The notes under the pieces: generated by a model | Database searches by the model: none | What the model saw: the letters and a program-made list of their open reading frames with translations, nothing else | Told to the model about the DNA's origin: nothing | Translations under genes and position numbers: made by a program | DNA from: Verrucomicrobiota bacterium | GTDB lineage: Bacteria > Verrucomicrobiota > Verrucomicrobiia > Limisphaerales > CANJXF01 | Length of the DNA stretch: 40,637 nucleotides | Reading direction: 5' to 3' | Assembly: GCA_038214755.1 (NCBI GenBank) | Contig: JBBQRQ010000044.1 | Coordinates: forward strand, 1 to 40,637 | Shown here: positions 26,094 through 36,236 of the stretch, piece after piece | Numbering within the stretch: position 1 is the first letter of the stretch | How the letters are laid out: each line of letters opens with the position of its first letter

Positions 26094-27212
26094 TCAGGCC
26101 GGAACTCTTTCTGGCAATTTCAAACCTTGTCGCAGAAGACGGTTCGCCAAATTGAAATGCCCGGTAAACTTGCGCGGTTTTTGCAATCGTTTGTTCACGC
26201 CGTACTGCAATAAATATTCTGCGATCGCGAAAAAGAATTGGGACTTCGCGCACAAAATGGCGGGGTTGTTAAGTTGAACCGCGTATTGATCGAGTTTTGC
26301 CGCAAATAATTTTTCGGCTTCCGGCACGGCCAGCGCCACTTCTAAAACATCAGACGCAATCGGCATGGGCTTGGAACATTCCCAATCGAGCACAAAAATA
26401 CGGCCGTCATTTCCTATCATTAGATTGGCCAGGCCGAGATCCCCATGCCCCACCGAAGTCGTGATCAGACCGCCCTTTTCCAAAAAGGTAATGGTCTGCT
26501 TGACGAAGCTGGCGCGGTCCAGCCAACGGTCGTCCCACCAGTGAGCCGCACATAACTCAGACAAATTTTTTTGAGCGTTTGGCAGATCAATCAAGTCGCG
26601 GATCTTTTTCAAATGGATTCCGTGTTTTTCGTAGGTCTGCCACAGCGGAAGGCAAAGCTGATTTACAATTTGCGTGGCATCTTTGCGACGGTGCAAACGT
26701 CGGCCGAGAATTAATTCTTCGCAAATAAACGGTGGATCGAAATTTAGATCGTATTCGAAGATGCGCGGAACATTGAGCGTTTCAAATTTTTCCAACTGCT
26801 GTCGAATGTTCACCTCATTGCTGAGATGGGACGCATTTCGCGTTTTGCTTAACAAAATTTTCACAGTCACTGGCTGGGAACGGCTGGTGTAAAACGAGCG
26901 AAGATTATTCTTCACGCAAATCACATCGGCGTCGGCCTTGCCTCGAATGCGTGTGAAAAACTTGTAGCGTTTCAAAACTTTGCCCAAAGCATTTGTCCAG
27001 GGCGGCATTGAAAACTATGGGATGAGGACGGGCGAATCCGCCTTGCCCAGGGCCTTGAAACAAGTCCTGAGATAACGCGGCTGGACCAGCCAATAATCCA
27101 ACTGATGATAAACGCTTGCCGTTTGTTTCTCGCTCAGTCCCAAACGCTGCTCGACGCGGCTGATGCTTTCCAAAATGAGCGTGGGCGCAAAGCCGCGCAG
27201 TTCCGTTTTCAT
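26094..27212 (-). CDS. APH/choline-kinase-like phosphotransferase, interrupted by an in-frame TAG at 27015-27017
   Basis: VKI..E..NE, GHGDLGLANL, VLDWE kinase motifs in 26094-27008. The upstream MKTEL.. ORF is in the same frame, and its ATG (27212) has TTGCTT-18nt-TACTTT 7 nt upstream. Confidence 0.7.
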
Positions 27213-27424
27213 CGGAGCGAAAGTAGCAACGGCCCGAAGACAGAAGCAATTCCGCAACGAACCTGTGGCGCAACTGGATGATTTATTTGCGGCCATGTTT
27301 TTCGAGGCAACCAATTCGAAACTCGACCATGAGACATCTTTGGTGTCCGCTAGAGGTTGAAACGACATCGAAAGGGAACGTGATTGGACAACTGCTGAAT
27401 GACAACAGAGCGCTTAAAAAAAGG

Positions 27425-28570
27425 ATGAATTCACTGCGGCAACGGAGGAGCGGCCCGCATCGGGTATTGATCACTCAAAAGTCTTCCTCGCTGGGTGGAT
27501 CTCAAAAAAGTCTTTTTCACCATTTGGAGTTGCTGGATCGGAAACGGTTTGAGCCGTATGTGTTGGTGGCCAGGACAGGCTGGCTTACCGAGGAAATGGA
27601 TCGCTTGCAAGTGCCTTGGTCACTGATGAAATTCAGTCGATGGACTCATCTCCTGTCCCTCCCGCGTAATCTTCTAGTTGTGCAGCAAATCAAACGCTAT
27701 GTGAAAACGCATGGTATCGAGATTGTGCATGCTAACGAACATTGGGTCGGACCACCTTCTTACCTGGCCGCCCGCATGTGCCATGTTCCATCCATCTGTC
27801 ACTTCCGCACCGGATTGAATGATCTGACTCCAGCCCGCGTGCGCGCCTATTTTTATGGCCGATTTGATCGAGTCATCGCCGTGGCGGAGGTGCTGCGAGA
27901 ATCGCTCGCTTCGCAGTTAAAACATCCCGAACGCGTGGTAGTAATCCGCAGTGGCGTGGAACCGTTTCCAGAAACACCACGTTACTATCCTCAGCGCCAA
28001 TCACGAGTTGTGCTGAATGTCGGGATGATCAGTGAGGTAAAGGGCCAAGCCATCATTCTCGATCGGGCGCTTCCCTGGCTAAAAGCTAACGCGAAGCATT
28101 TCCTCGTTTTTGTGGGCCCAACCCAGCATAACCCGACTTACGTTGAGAAGATGCGCAATGTCGTAGCGGCGCAAAAGTTGCAACGACAGGTTTTGTTTTT
28201 GGGATCGCGCGAGGATGTTCCGCGTCTGTTGCGGGCTTCCGACTTGTTGGTGGCCTATTCCAAAGTTGAAGGAATTCCCCGGGCGGTGATGGAAGCGATG
28301 TTTGCCGGCAGACCCGTGATTGTATCCAATACTCCCGGCATGTCGGAAGTGGTGGTAGATGGACAAGTAGGCCAAATCCTGAATTTTGATAACGACGCGA
28401 CTGGCGGTTTGTCGCAGTCTTTGTCGGAGTTGGATATAAATTATCCTCGGTGCGAAACCATGGGACGGCAGGGTCGCGAATTAGCGTTGGCCCGTTATTC
28501 GATCCAAGCCATGTCCGATGCGATTCAAAAAGTTTATACCGATCTACTAGAGTCAACATCCAGTGACTGA
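27425..28570 (+). CDS. Glycosyltransferase family 4 (GT-B)
   Basis: SSLGGSQKS, VHAN, NVGMISEVKGQ, FLGSREDVPRLL, EGIPRAVMEAMFAGRPVI. Confidence 0.92.
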   Translation: MNSLRQRRSGPHRVLITQKSSSLGGSQKSLFHHLELLDRKRFEPYVLVARTGWLTEEMDRLQVPWSLMKFSRWTHLLSLPRNLLVVQQIKRYVKTHGIEIVHANEHWVGPPSYLAARMCHVPSICHFRTGLNDLTPARVRAYFYGRFDRVIAVAEVLRESLASQLKHPERVVVIRSGVEPFPETPRYYPQRQSRVVLNVGMISEVKGQAIILDRALPWLKANAKHFLVFVGPTQHNPTYVEKMRNVVAAQKLQRQVLFLGSREDVPRLLRASDLLVAYSKVEGIPRAVMEAMFAGRPVIVSNTPGMSEVVVDGQVGQILNFDNDATGGLSQSLSELDINYPRCETMGRQGRELALARYSIQAMSDAIQKVYTDLLESTSSD

Positions 28571-28693
28571 GAAATAACTAAACTATTTCCTTCCGACCAC
28601 TACTTAAATGGCTCTGAATGCGGTTGGTGATGGCACGACACAGTGGAATTTACCCTGGTCCTACGTTGGGGGCGGCTTAGGGAGGTCTTCGCT

Positions 28694-29344
28694 ATGTATA
28701 ACTACGAAACAAGAAAGACGTATTTTAAGTCGATGCAGGAGTATCCCGAAAAGCCGATGAATCCGCGGCTCCAAATCATCTTGGATGCAATCCCGTCCGG
28801 TTCCACAGTTTTAGATGTCGCCTGCGGGACGGGGCGTGTTTTGTATGCGGCCACATTAAAGGGTTGTCGGGGACGGGGAATTGAGCTTTCGGCGCCGGGT
28901 GTGCAGGCTGCGCAGCAAAAAGGGTTAGATGTTCTCAGAGGTGACGTTGACTTATTTGAAAAAGACCCTGCCGTCCGCGAACTCCTTTTTGCACGGTATG
29001 ATGTAGCCATTTTCTCCAAATGCTTGATGTATTTGAAGCGCAAAAATGAAATGATGCGTCACCTCAATACGGATGCGATTATTATTTTTCAAGCTAACCC
29101 CTGTTATACACGAAGACGATTCACCGCCTTCTGGAAAAACTTGTTTCGTCGCATCTTTGATAAATGCGATCTAGGAAGCAATCATTCAGAGGAAGCATTG
29201 CCGTATTGCTTTAAGAATGGAGAGGAAATTAAAATCAATTCTCCCCACGCTCTTGCTGCCTGGGCCGCCTCTTATGGTTATGTGCACTCCGAGTTGCTCT
29301 ATGGCGGGTCCAAAAAATCGATGATTGTGAAATTAAGTCATTAA
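28694..29344 (+). CDS. SAM-dependent methyltransferase (MetW-like)
   Basis: GGAGG RBS; IPSGSTVLDVACGTG; GIELS...KGLDVLRGD. Confidence 0.8.
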   Translation: MYNYETRKTYFKSMQEYPEKPMNPRLQIILDAIPSGSTVLDVACGTGRVLYAATLKGCRGRGIELSAPGVQAAQQKGLDVLRGDVDLFEKDPAVRELLFARYDVAIFSKCLMYLKRKNEMMRHLNTDAIIIFQANPCYTRRRFTAFWKNLFRRIFDKCDLGSNHSEEALPYCFKNGEEIKINSPHALAAWAASYGYVHSELLYGGSKKSMIVKLSH

Positions 29345-29484
29345 TGGCGTAACGGAGTATTAACGAAGGGATTGGATTTATTCCCATGAGGTCAAACCCA
29401 GACCATGTCTTGGCCGCGGCATTTTCACTCAATACAGGAGGAATCAGCGCCTCGAAATCCTTGGGGATGCAACTCATGCGGGAT

Positions 29485-30834
29485 TCAACCCGCTCTTCTC
29501 GCCATCTCAATGCGGGCCAGCGTGTCATTCACTTCCTGGGCGGTGATGGATTTTTCGTAGATGAGAAGTTTTTTACTGAAACGGGCGGAGCGTCCGAGAA
29601 GGCTCTGCTTTAATTTCGATATCGGTGGAAACGTGTAAGGCTCGCCCAACGCGCGATAAAATTTCAATTTCGCCGCGCGACGATAATCGTGGAAACCCAG
29701 TTTCAATTGTTTCTTGCGTGAGCGGCGGCTGAGCGCGCCGGCGATTTTTTCCGCCACCGTTTTTGCGGCTTCCCCATTCGGTGAATTGCACCATTTCGCT
29801 AGATGCGCGCGCCGCCCCTCGGTAAAACTGGTTTGATCGGGATTGGCCAGTTGCGCTTCGATAGTGGCGACGATCTTTTCCGGGGAATCGCAAGCGACGT
29901 TGAGCGCGCTGAGTTTCGCGTCAAAAAAAAGCGGATATTTTTCGAAAATCAATTCGATGGTCGGCTTGCGCGCGATCCATGACTCCATGGCGGTGGTGCA
30001 TTTTTCGCAGGAGATTTCCAGATCGCAGTTTAGGATGAGTGGCGTGATGTTCGAGTCCGAGGCAACGAAGGTCAGATCTGTGCTCAGCTTTGCCGGAAGC
30101 GAATTGAGCCAATTTTCATAAACCCCACGCGATTCGCGCGGATGAATCTTGAGCACCGCTTCGAATTTTCCGCTGTCCAAAATGGCTCGGAGAAAATCCA
30201 AAAAGCGCAAGCGGCTCCGGTGATTGATTTCGATGGCGTTCCAGTAGTCGGCATAGGCCGGCATATGGGTCCATTGCGAAAAGAAGCGGTCCACTTTTTC
30301 TTTGGGACGCTCGCGCCATTCCGCATAACCGAAGTTCGTGCAAAGCAAAATGCGCGGACGACTTTTGGCCGGGCTGGATGACGAATTGAAAATGCGCTTC
30401 CACGGCTCGAAATAAAAATCAAATCGCGGCACGCCGACTGTCACCACGTCGGTCTTGTCTTTGTAACCGCTCGCCAGCAGGCATTCTCGGTGGAGTTCAT
30501 TCCAACAAAAATAATAGTCCAGGTGGAGATTCGGGAGACGTTGCGAATTATACTCTCGCACTGGTTCGGTATAGAGCAGGCCTTCGTTCAATAGGACCGC
30601 CGTAAGCACGCCCATTTCGGCAAGATGCCGGGTGTAATCCGCCAGGTGTTTGCGATTGGTATGATTGAACACAATCATATCCGGCTGATGCGCGCCCAGC
30701 ACCGCCTGCCAGGCGTTGACGGGTTCAAGGTGAGCCTGGACGCCAAGATGTTTGAGGTGATGGGCGATGAGCGCGCACCCATTCAAGTCTCGCTGCCGAT
30801 GTTCCACTAAAAGAACGACATTCTTTGAAGCCAT
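29485..30834 (-). CDS. Surface carbohydrate biosynthesis protein (GT-B-like, possible NulO transferase)
   Basis: VLLVEHRQRDL, NEG, YYFCW, VGVPRFD, ILLCTNF, LKIHPRE, CTTAMESW. Located in a NulO locus. Confidence 0.75.
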   Translation of the reverse strand: MASKNVVLLVEHRQRDLNGCALIAHHLKHLGVQAHLEPVNAWQAVLGAHQPDMIVFNHTNRKHLADYTRHLAEMGVLTAVLLNEGLLYTEPVREYNSQRLPNLHLDYYFCWNELHRECLLASGYKDKTDVVTVGVPRFDFYFEPWKRIFNSSSSPAKSRPRILLCTNFGYAEWRERPKEKVDRFFSQWTHMPAYADYWNAIEINHRSRLRFLDFLRAILDSGKFEAVLKIHPRESRGVYENWLNSLPAKLSTDLTFVASDSNITPLILNCDLEISCEKCTTAMESWIARKPTIELIFEKYPLFFDAKLSALNVACDSPEKIVATIEAQLANPDQTSFTEGRRAHLAKWCNSPNGEAAKTVAEKIAGALSRRSRKKQLKLGFHDYRRAAKLKFYRALGEPYTFPPISKLKQSLLGRSARFSKKLLIYEKSITAQEVNDTLARIEMARRAG

Positions 30835-30899
30835 GCGGATAATTTTTAAAAAAAGCTAGCGGAGAAATGAAGGTCAGTCGCTAAAATTTCACGGTGAGC

Positions 30900-31625
30900 C
30901 TAGTGGCGGGCCTTGATCAATTGGGAAAGACGAAACTCGGCTTCCAGCCAATCGTCCGCACTGTCGATATCGACCGACTTCTCGCGCGACATCGGGAAAC
31001 CGATGAGCGGTTGCGCATAGTAGGATTTTTCTTTTTCAAAAGCGGCCACATTGAGGATGTGCAACGCGCCGTTGGGTCGCCAAGCTGTCGGTAATTGCTG
31101 CGACTTTTTGCCGATGAACTCCGGGAATAAAGGTTGAAGTAAATTGTCCTCGGTCAAATTGAGCGCGGAAAATGGCGGATGTGGGAAAGGCGAAATGCTC
31201 ATGAGAAACTTCCCATTTTTTTTTTGAAATAATTCGAGCGCGTCGCGGATGTCCTCCGCGGTGCGAAAGGGACACGTGGGCAAAAGAATCACCAGTGTTT
31301 TGAATTCCACGCCCTGCTGGCGCATCGCTTTCAACGCATGCAACGCGACTTGCTCCACGCCGGCGGGATCGCGAGCCAGTTCTTCGGGCCGAAGAAATGG
31401 AACTTCGGCTCCGTATTCGCGAGCGACGTTCGCGACGACTTCATCTTCTGTCGAAACAATAAGCCGATTGATTACCCCGGAAGCGCGCGCGGCGTCGATA
31501 GCCCATCCCAGCAGTGGCTTGCCGCCGAGCGGACGAATGTTCTTTCCCGGCAAACGCATCGAGCCGCGTTTTGCGGGAATCAGCCCGAGTACGGGACCGA
31601 GAAAATCATTCGTGGTGATCGTCAT
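30900..31625 (-). CDS. Acylneuraminate (NulO) cytidylyltransferase, NeuA/PseF family
   Basis: LIPAKRGSMRLPGKNI..LGGKPL, VSTED, VPFLRP.ELA.D, LLPTCPFR, NGAL, SVDID..DW. Confidence 0.92.
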   Translation of the reverse strand: MTITTNDFLGPVLGLIPAKRGSMRLPGKNIRPLGGKPLLGWAIDAARASGVINRLIVSTEDEVVANVAREYGAEVPFLRPEELARDPAGVEQVALHALKAMRQQGVEFKTLVILLPTCPFRTAEDIRDALELFQKKNGKFLMSISPFPHPPFSALNLTEDNLLQPLFPEFIGKKSQQLPTAWRPNGALHILNVAAFEKEKSYYAQPLIGFPMSREKSVDIDSADDWLEAEFRLSQLIKARH

Positions 31626-32623
31626 TTAGAAATTTTCCTCAACAACTCTTGGTCGGAGAGTGCAAACTCTGCCTCCCACGCGTAAGTGATTTCGATGTTG
31701 CGCAAATGCTTGAAGAAATCAGTTCGCCAACTGTCCTGGCCCATCAAAAAATTGACGCGAAAAATCCAATTGATGCGCCGCACGGCTTCCCGGCGAACGA
31801 ATGCCGGGAGCAGGCGCAATTCTTTCGGTGTGAGCGGAACTACCGAGTGATAGCTGGCTAGAAACTCCCATGGCACTTTTTCCGGGCTGAGGCGGCTGGC
31901 CGCAAACGCGATGGCGTGCAATTCGAAATCAATCACCAATGAATCGGGATCGAGCACAGCCACGACCTGCTGATCTTTGAACAACAAATTTTGCGGCATG
32001 AAATCGTGATGGACTGGCTGACGCGGGAGATCGGATTGCGACTCGATCAATTCGATTTCCGCATAGCGCGCGGGTGATTCGCATTCCAGCCATTCGATGG
32101 CACGCTGACCAAAATCGCCTGGGCCGAAATCTTTTCCATCGCATTTCAGGACGGTGGATTTTTCCACCTCAGAGAGATTGGTGTAGAGATCGCTGTTTTC
32201 TCCGAACGTGCAATTCTCGAGCGCAAGGTGAACTTGCGCCAGGGCCGTGCCACAGGCGCGCAATTCAGCAGTCGTACCAGAAAACTTTTCTCCCTCTCGA
32301 AACTCCGTCAGACGAAAGAACGCTCCATCATCGAAGACGAAAAGCTGACCGTTGTCGGCGGACAAAAGTTTTGGAAGCAATTGGTTTTTTTTTGCCGCAA
32401 TCGAATATTCACAAACAGTGACTGGCAACCGATCAACCAGATCTTTGTCGGGGCTGGTCTTCTTCTTCAGCACGAAACGCGGGACAGTTTCGTTGTTCAA
32501 ATGCACGAACCAGTTGCGCGAATTGATCTCCGCACCGCTGACAGGCTGCAAGGTGGACCGTTCGGGACAGAGCCGGGAATAGTGCTTCCGCAGAAGGTGA
32601 ATGGGCGGAAAATAAAGGCTCAT
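31622..32623 (-). CDS. APH/homoserine-kinase-like phosphotransferase
   Basis: EINSRNW, FVLKK, LAQVH, VHHDFMPQNLLF, VLDPD. Overlaps both neighbours by 4 nt. Confidence 0.8.
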   Translation of the reverse strand: MSLYFPPIHLLRKHYSRLCPERSTLQPVSGAEINSRNWFVHLNNETVPRFVLKKKTSPDKDLVDRLPVTVCEYSIAAKKNQLLPKLLSADNGQLFVFDDGAFFRLTEFREGEKFSGTTAELRACGTALAQVHLALENCTFGENSDLYTNLSEVEKSTVLKCDGKDFGPGDFGQRAIEWLECESPARYAEIELIESQSDLPRQPVHHDFMPQNLLFKDQQVVAVLDPDSLVIDFELHAIAFAASRLSPEKVPWEFLASYHSVVPLTPKELRLLPAFVRREAVRRINWIFRVNFLMGQDSWRTDFFKHLRNIEITYAWEAEFALSDQELLRKISK

Positions 32624-33654
32624 TTCAAATCAGCGAACGAAAGAAATTCGCCGGTAGAAATTTCTCTGGTGGTCTGTCGTCCCAGGACTTGCTCGAATTG
32701 ATCGGCAGGAATATGCGTTCCGGGCCGCCGGAAATCCAGGTCGTCGAGTGTGATTTTGTGGTCAAGAGGCAATGTGCGACGCGCTTGCAGACTTCGGCGA
32801 TGTTCGGCTTTCACCCGCGAATTGAAAATGATCCGAGGATCGCCCAGCGCAGCTTCCACCGCGCGGACATCTTCAATGAACAGTTTCAGTTCGCGCGGTT
32901 CCAACGACATATAATGTTCCACTGCGTCCGTGTGCCGGTTCAGCGTGATGGTTTTCTCCAGGAAACTGGCGCCCAAACCAATCGCGGCAAAATTCATTGC
33001 CGTCCCGGTGGAGTGATCCGAATAGCCGACGGGATATTGAAAAATTTCTTTGATGTGCCGAATGGCGTTGAGATGAATGCCCGCGTGTTGTGCCGGATAA
33101 CCGGACGGACAATGCATGATGATGATGTCGTGCAAACCGTGTCCCTCACAAATTCGCGCCGCCGCTTCGACATCTTCAAAACGTTCGCGGCCATCCAAAA
33201 TCATAGGCAGTTTTTTCCGCGCCATGTAATCGACGAGCACCCGATGATTGATGTCGGACTTGGAAACCTTGATCGCCGCCGCGCCCATGTCCGCCAGCAA
33301 ATCGACTGTCTCTGGTCCGCTCGGTGTGGAGATGAACGCGAGGTTCAGCGAATCACAAAATTCCTTCAACCGCCGCCAATCGTCGAAGGAAAGCTCGCGG
33401 CGTTGGAGCGCCTTTTGGACGCTCTCGGAACGTTTGCCCTGCGCGTTTTCAAATTCGATGTTGGTATCATCGCGCACTATCAAATCCGCAGCGCGTACAG
33501 TTTGAAATTTCACCGCATCTGCTCCCGAGTCACTTGCAGCCTGGCAAAGTTTCTTCGCAGTTTCCAATCCGCTATGCGTCGCCCCTGCTTCAAACGAAAT
33601 AAAAACTGGATGCCCTTCACCGACTGCTCGACCGCCAATTTTGACTGTTCTCAT
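32620..33654 (-). CDS. Second, atypical N-acetylneuraminate synthase family protein with SAF domain
   Basis: FISFEAGATHSG, GADAVKFQT, MHCPSGYPA, VGYSDHS, LEKTITL, RRPGTHI. Confidence 0.88.
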   Translation of the reverse strand: MRTVKIGGRAVGEGHPVFISFEAGATHSGLETAKKLCQAASDSGADAVKFQTVRAADLIVRDDTNIEFENAQGKRSESVQKALQRRELSFDDWRRLKEFCDSLNLAFISTPSGPETVDLLADMGAAAIKVSKSDINHRVLVDYMARKKLPMILDGRERFEDVEAAARICEGHGLHDIIIMHCPSGYPAQHAGIHLNAIRHIKEIFQYPVGYSDHSTGTAMNFAAIGLGASFLEKTITLNRHTDAVEHYMSLEPRELKLFIEDVRAVEAALGDPRIIFNSRVKAEHRRSLQARRTLPLDHKITLDDLDFRRPGTHIPADQFEQVLGRQTTREISTGEFLSFADLK

Positions 33655-33663
33655 AAGCGTTGC

Positions 33664-34734
33664 TCAGTCTGCTTTGTTCCTCTTTTGAATCAATTCCCAA
33701 CTCATCGGAGTTCCCTTTTTCACGTCGCGCGCTGCTTTTTGACCGATCGATTCATGAAGATGCCTGGTATGAAGTCCATTTCCGGGACGGATCGAGCGCA
33801 CGTTTTTTTCGGTGAATAATTCGCCCGTCGCCACATTTTCGACGACGAATAACGAGCGGCGAAACGAACGCATTCCTTTTTCCTTTTCGCTTATTGAATA
33901 ATCCGCGTTGCCCAATGCTTTTTCGGCGATACGAATGGCATCGACCATCGCCTTGAATTCTTCCGGCTCGAGTGAGAAGGCGGAATCAGGCCCAACCATT
34001 TTTCGCGACAGCGTAAAATGTTTTTCCACGATGCACGCCCCGAGCGCGACCGCCGCGACAGGAACGGGGATGTCCATCGTGTGATCGGACAACCCGATGG
34101 GCACGTTGAATCGAGCCGCCATGTCCGGAATGGCACGCAAATTCATTTCATCCGGTGTCGCGGGGTAGGCGCTGGTGCATTTGAGCAACGCGATTTGTTT
34201 TGCGCCGGCGTCGCGCGCCACTCCCACCGCTTCGGTGATTTCTTCAACCGTCGCCATTCCGGTCGAAGCGATAATTGGTTTTCCCGTAGCGGCAATTTTG
34301 CGAATCAACGGAAGGTCCACCAACTCGAACGAAGCGATTTTGTGCGCGGGCACATTCATCTTCTCCAAAAAATCCACGGCGGCGAAATCGAACGGCGACG
34401 AGAAAAAATCCAATCCCAGTTCGAGGGCAACGCGTTGCAATTTCGGCTGCCATTCCCACGGCATGTAGGCTTCCTGGTAAAGTTCGTGGAGAGTTTTGCC
34501 GTCCCACAATGTTCCGCCTTTGATGCGAAAAAAATCGTTGTTGCATGGAATGGTCAACGTGTCCGCCGTGTAAGTCTGCACCTTCACCGCGTCCGCGCCG
34601 GATCTTTTCATGGCACGAATCGTTTCAACCGCTTGCTCGAAATTCTGGCCGTGATTAGCCGAGAGTTCCGCGATGATGTAAACGGGATGGCCGGGGCCGA
34701 TGAGTCGCCCGTTGAGGTTGAGTTCGCCGTTCAT
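33664..34734 (-). CDS. pseI: Pseudaminic acid synthase
   Basis: IIAELSANHG, AVKVQTYTADTLT, YQEAYMPWEW, KIASFE, LKCTSAYP, GLSDHT, EKHFTL, DSAFSLEP, FRRSLF, IRPG.GL. Confidence 0.93.
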   Translation of the reverse strand: MNGELNLNGRLIGPGHPVYIIAELSANHGQNFEQAVETIRAMKRSGADAVKVQTYTADTLTIPCNNDFFRIKGGTLWDGKTLHELYQEAYMPWEWQPKLQRVALELGLDFFSSPFDFAAVDFLEKMNVPAHKIASFELVDLPLIRKIAATGKPIIASTGMATVEEITEAVGVARDAGAKQIALLKCTSAYPATPDEMNLRAIPDMAARFNVPIGLSDHTMDIPVPVAAVALGACIVEKHFTLSRKMVGPDSAFSLEPEEFKAMVDAIRIAEKALGNADYSISEKEKGMRSFRRSLFVVENVATGELFTEKNVRSIRPGNGLHTRHLHESIGQKAARDVKKGTPMSWELIQKRNKAD

Positions 34735-36236
34735 GTTTCGAGACGACCGCGTTTTATTTGAAACCGCAGGGCCGGTTGATTTTTTACGACGGTTTGATTT
34801 GCCAGTTCAAGTCCCGCCTTCCGAAACGCGCGGATGGACGCGTGATTGTTCGGTTTGATAAAAGCATCAACCGCCTCCACCTGCGTTTCGCGAAATAATT
34901 TTCGGCAAGCTGACCAAATTAAAAGCGCGCCGCGATTTCTCCCGCGCTGGTTCTTATCAAGGCTGCCAGAAATGGCGACGGTTTCGCTTTCCAAATCGAA
35001 TCGCACCATGCCAATCTGACCGCCATTTTCGTCTTCAGCAATCCAGAGAAAACAATTTGGATCGGATAATTTTTTTTGGAACCAATCGAGATGAACCTCC
35101 CAGCAAATCGGCTCTGACGAAAAAGAAACTTCGCGCGCGGTGCGATCGTTAGCCCATTGCCAAATCAAGCGCGCGTCGTCAGTAGCGGCGCGACGAAGAT
35201 GAAGCGCGTCTTCGTTCAGATGGAACCAGGCGCGAAAATTTCCCAATCCATCGATGAGTTGCCGGCCGGTGTGCGACATCGCGGCGCGCGCGACGGAATC
35301 AGCGGCTAGCTTGGAAATTTCTTCCGCAATTTTTTCTGTGGAGACGTGGGCAGCAAAGCCGAGATTTCGCGCTACTCCAGCGGCTTGAAGTTGTTCGCCA
35401 TTCGAACGCTGATTTTCTGCCAACACCAAAATCAAGGCGGGCAAACCCATGAAGGCCAGCTCCCACGCCGTCGTTCCGCCAGCAGCAATCGCCAGATCAT
35501 GCCTCGACATTATTTCAGGCATGTTGGCGGGGTTTTCCACGAGGTGAATCCGAGCGAGATTTTGCGTGGCTTTGGCGAGAACCTTTCGATGGGGATTGCT
35601 GCTGCCGACGACCACCGTTGCGTCACCATTTGAAATAGTTTCCAGCGCGCGAATCGCCTTGAGAGTGACGTTCTCTCGGTCGCTGCCGCCGAGAGTGACA
35701 AGAATTTTTTGCGCGCGCTGTGGAATCGTTGGCTGCCAACCACGCCAGCGCATGAACTCGCCGCGTAATTGGACGAATCGGGTGCCGAGCAGCAATTTCG
35801 TTTGCGGCGCACGATTGGAATAAAGTTTCTCCGAAGCTCCAAGATTTTGGTTGAGAATGAAATCCGCCGAATAATGTTCGGCGTGGCCAAAGTCGTCAAA
35901 AAATAAAACTTTTGCTCCGGCTTTTTTCAAAGCGAGTTGATATTCAGAGCCAAATTGATAGCCGTCCACGACGACCCATGGAGCTTTCCGCCCCGAGGTG
36001 ATTTGCAACAGTTCGCGCGCGTCTTCGGGAGTGCCGGCGAGGGAACGCAACGACGCCATTTTGATTCCCGAAGTTTGGGTGCGCTCGGTGAACTCGCTGG
36101 GAAGATTCGAGGAAACAAGCGTGACCTGACTTCCGCTCTGCAACCACGGCTCGGCCAGCGCCAGACAGCGCCTCACGTGGCCGGTTCCTATTTGCAAACC
36201 GGCATCCGCGCGAATGACGAGATCGTAGGCCATCAC
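34731..36236 (-). CDS. pseG: PseG UDP-sugar hydrolase fused to a PseH-like GNAT N-acetyltransferase
   Basis: IRADAGLQIGTGHVRRCLALA, VVVDGY, ILVTLGGSD, AGGTTAWE, AENQ. C-terminal WQWAND..HLDWF..GMVRFD..NHASIRAF. Confidence 0.9.
   Translation of the reverse strand: MMAYDLVIRADAGLQIGTGHVRRCLALAEPWLQSGSQVTLVSSNLPSEFTERTQTSGIKMASLRSLAGTPEDARELLQITSGRKAPWVVVDGYQFGSEYQLALKKAGAKVLFFDDFGHAEHYSADFILNQNLGASEKLYSNRAPQTKLLLGTRFVQLRGEFMRWRGWQPTIPQRAQKILVTLGGSDRENVTLKAIRALETISNGDATVVVGSSNPHRKVLAKATQNLARIHLVENPANMPEIMSRHDLAIAAGGTTAWELAFMGLPALILVLAENQRSNGEQLQAAGVARNLGFAAHVSTEKIAEEISKLAADSVARAAMSHTGRQLIDGLGNFRAWFHLNEDALHLRRAATDDARLIWQWANDRTAREVSFSSEPICWEVHLDWFQKKLSDPNCFLWIAEDENGGQIGMVRFDLESETVAISGSLDKNQRGRNRGALLIWSACRKLFRETQVEAVDAFIKPNNHASIRAFRKAGLELANQTVVKNQPALRFQIKRGRLET

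Noticed and set aside
34731..36236. PseG-PseH fusion as a novelty
   Set aside because: Fusions of the hydrolase with a GNAT domain are a familiar arrangement in pseudaminic acid loci.
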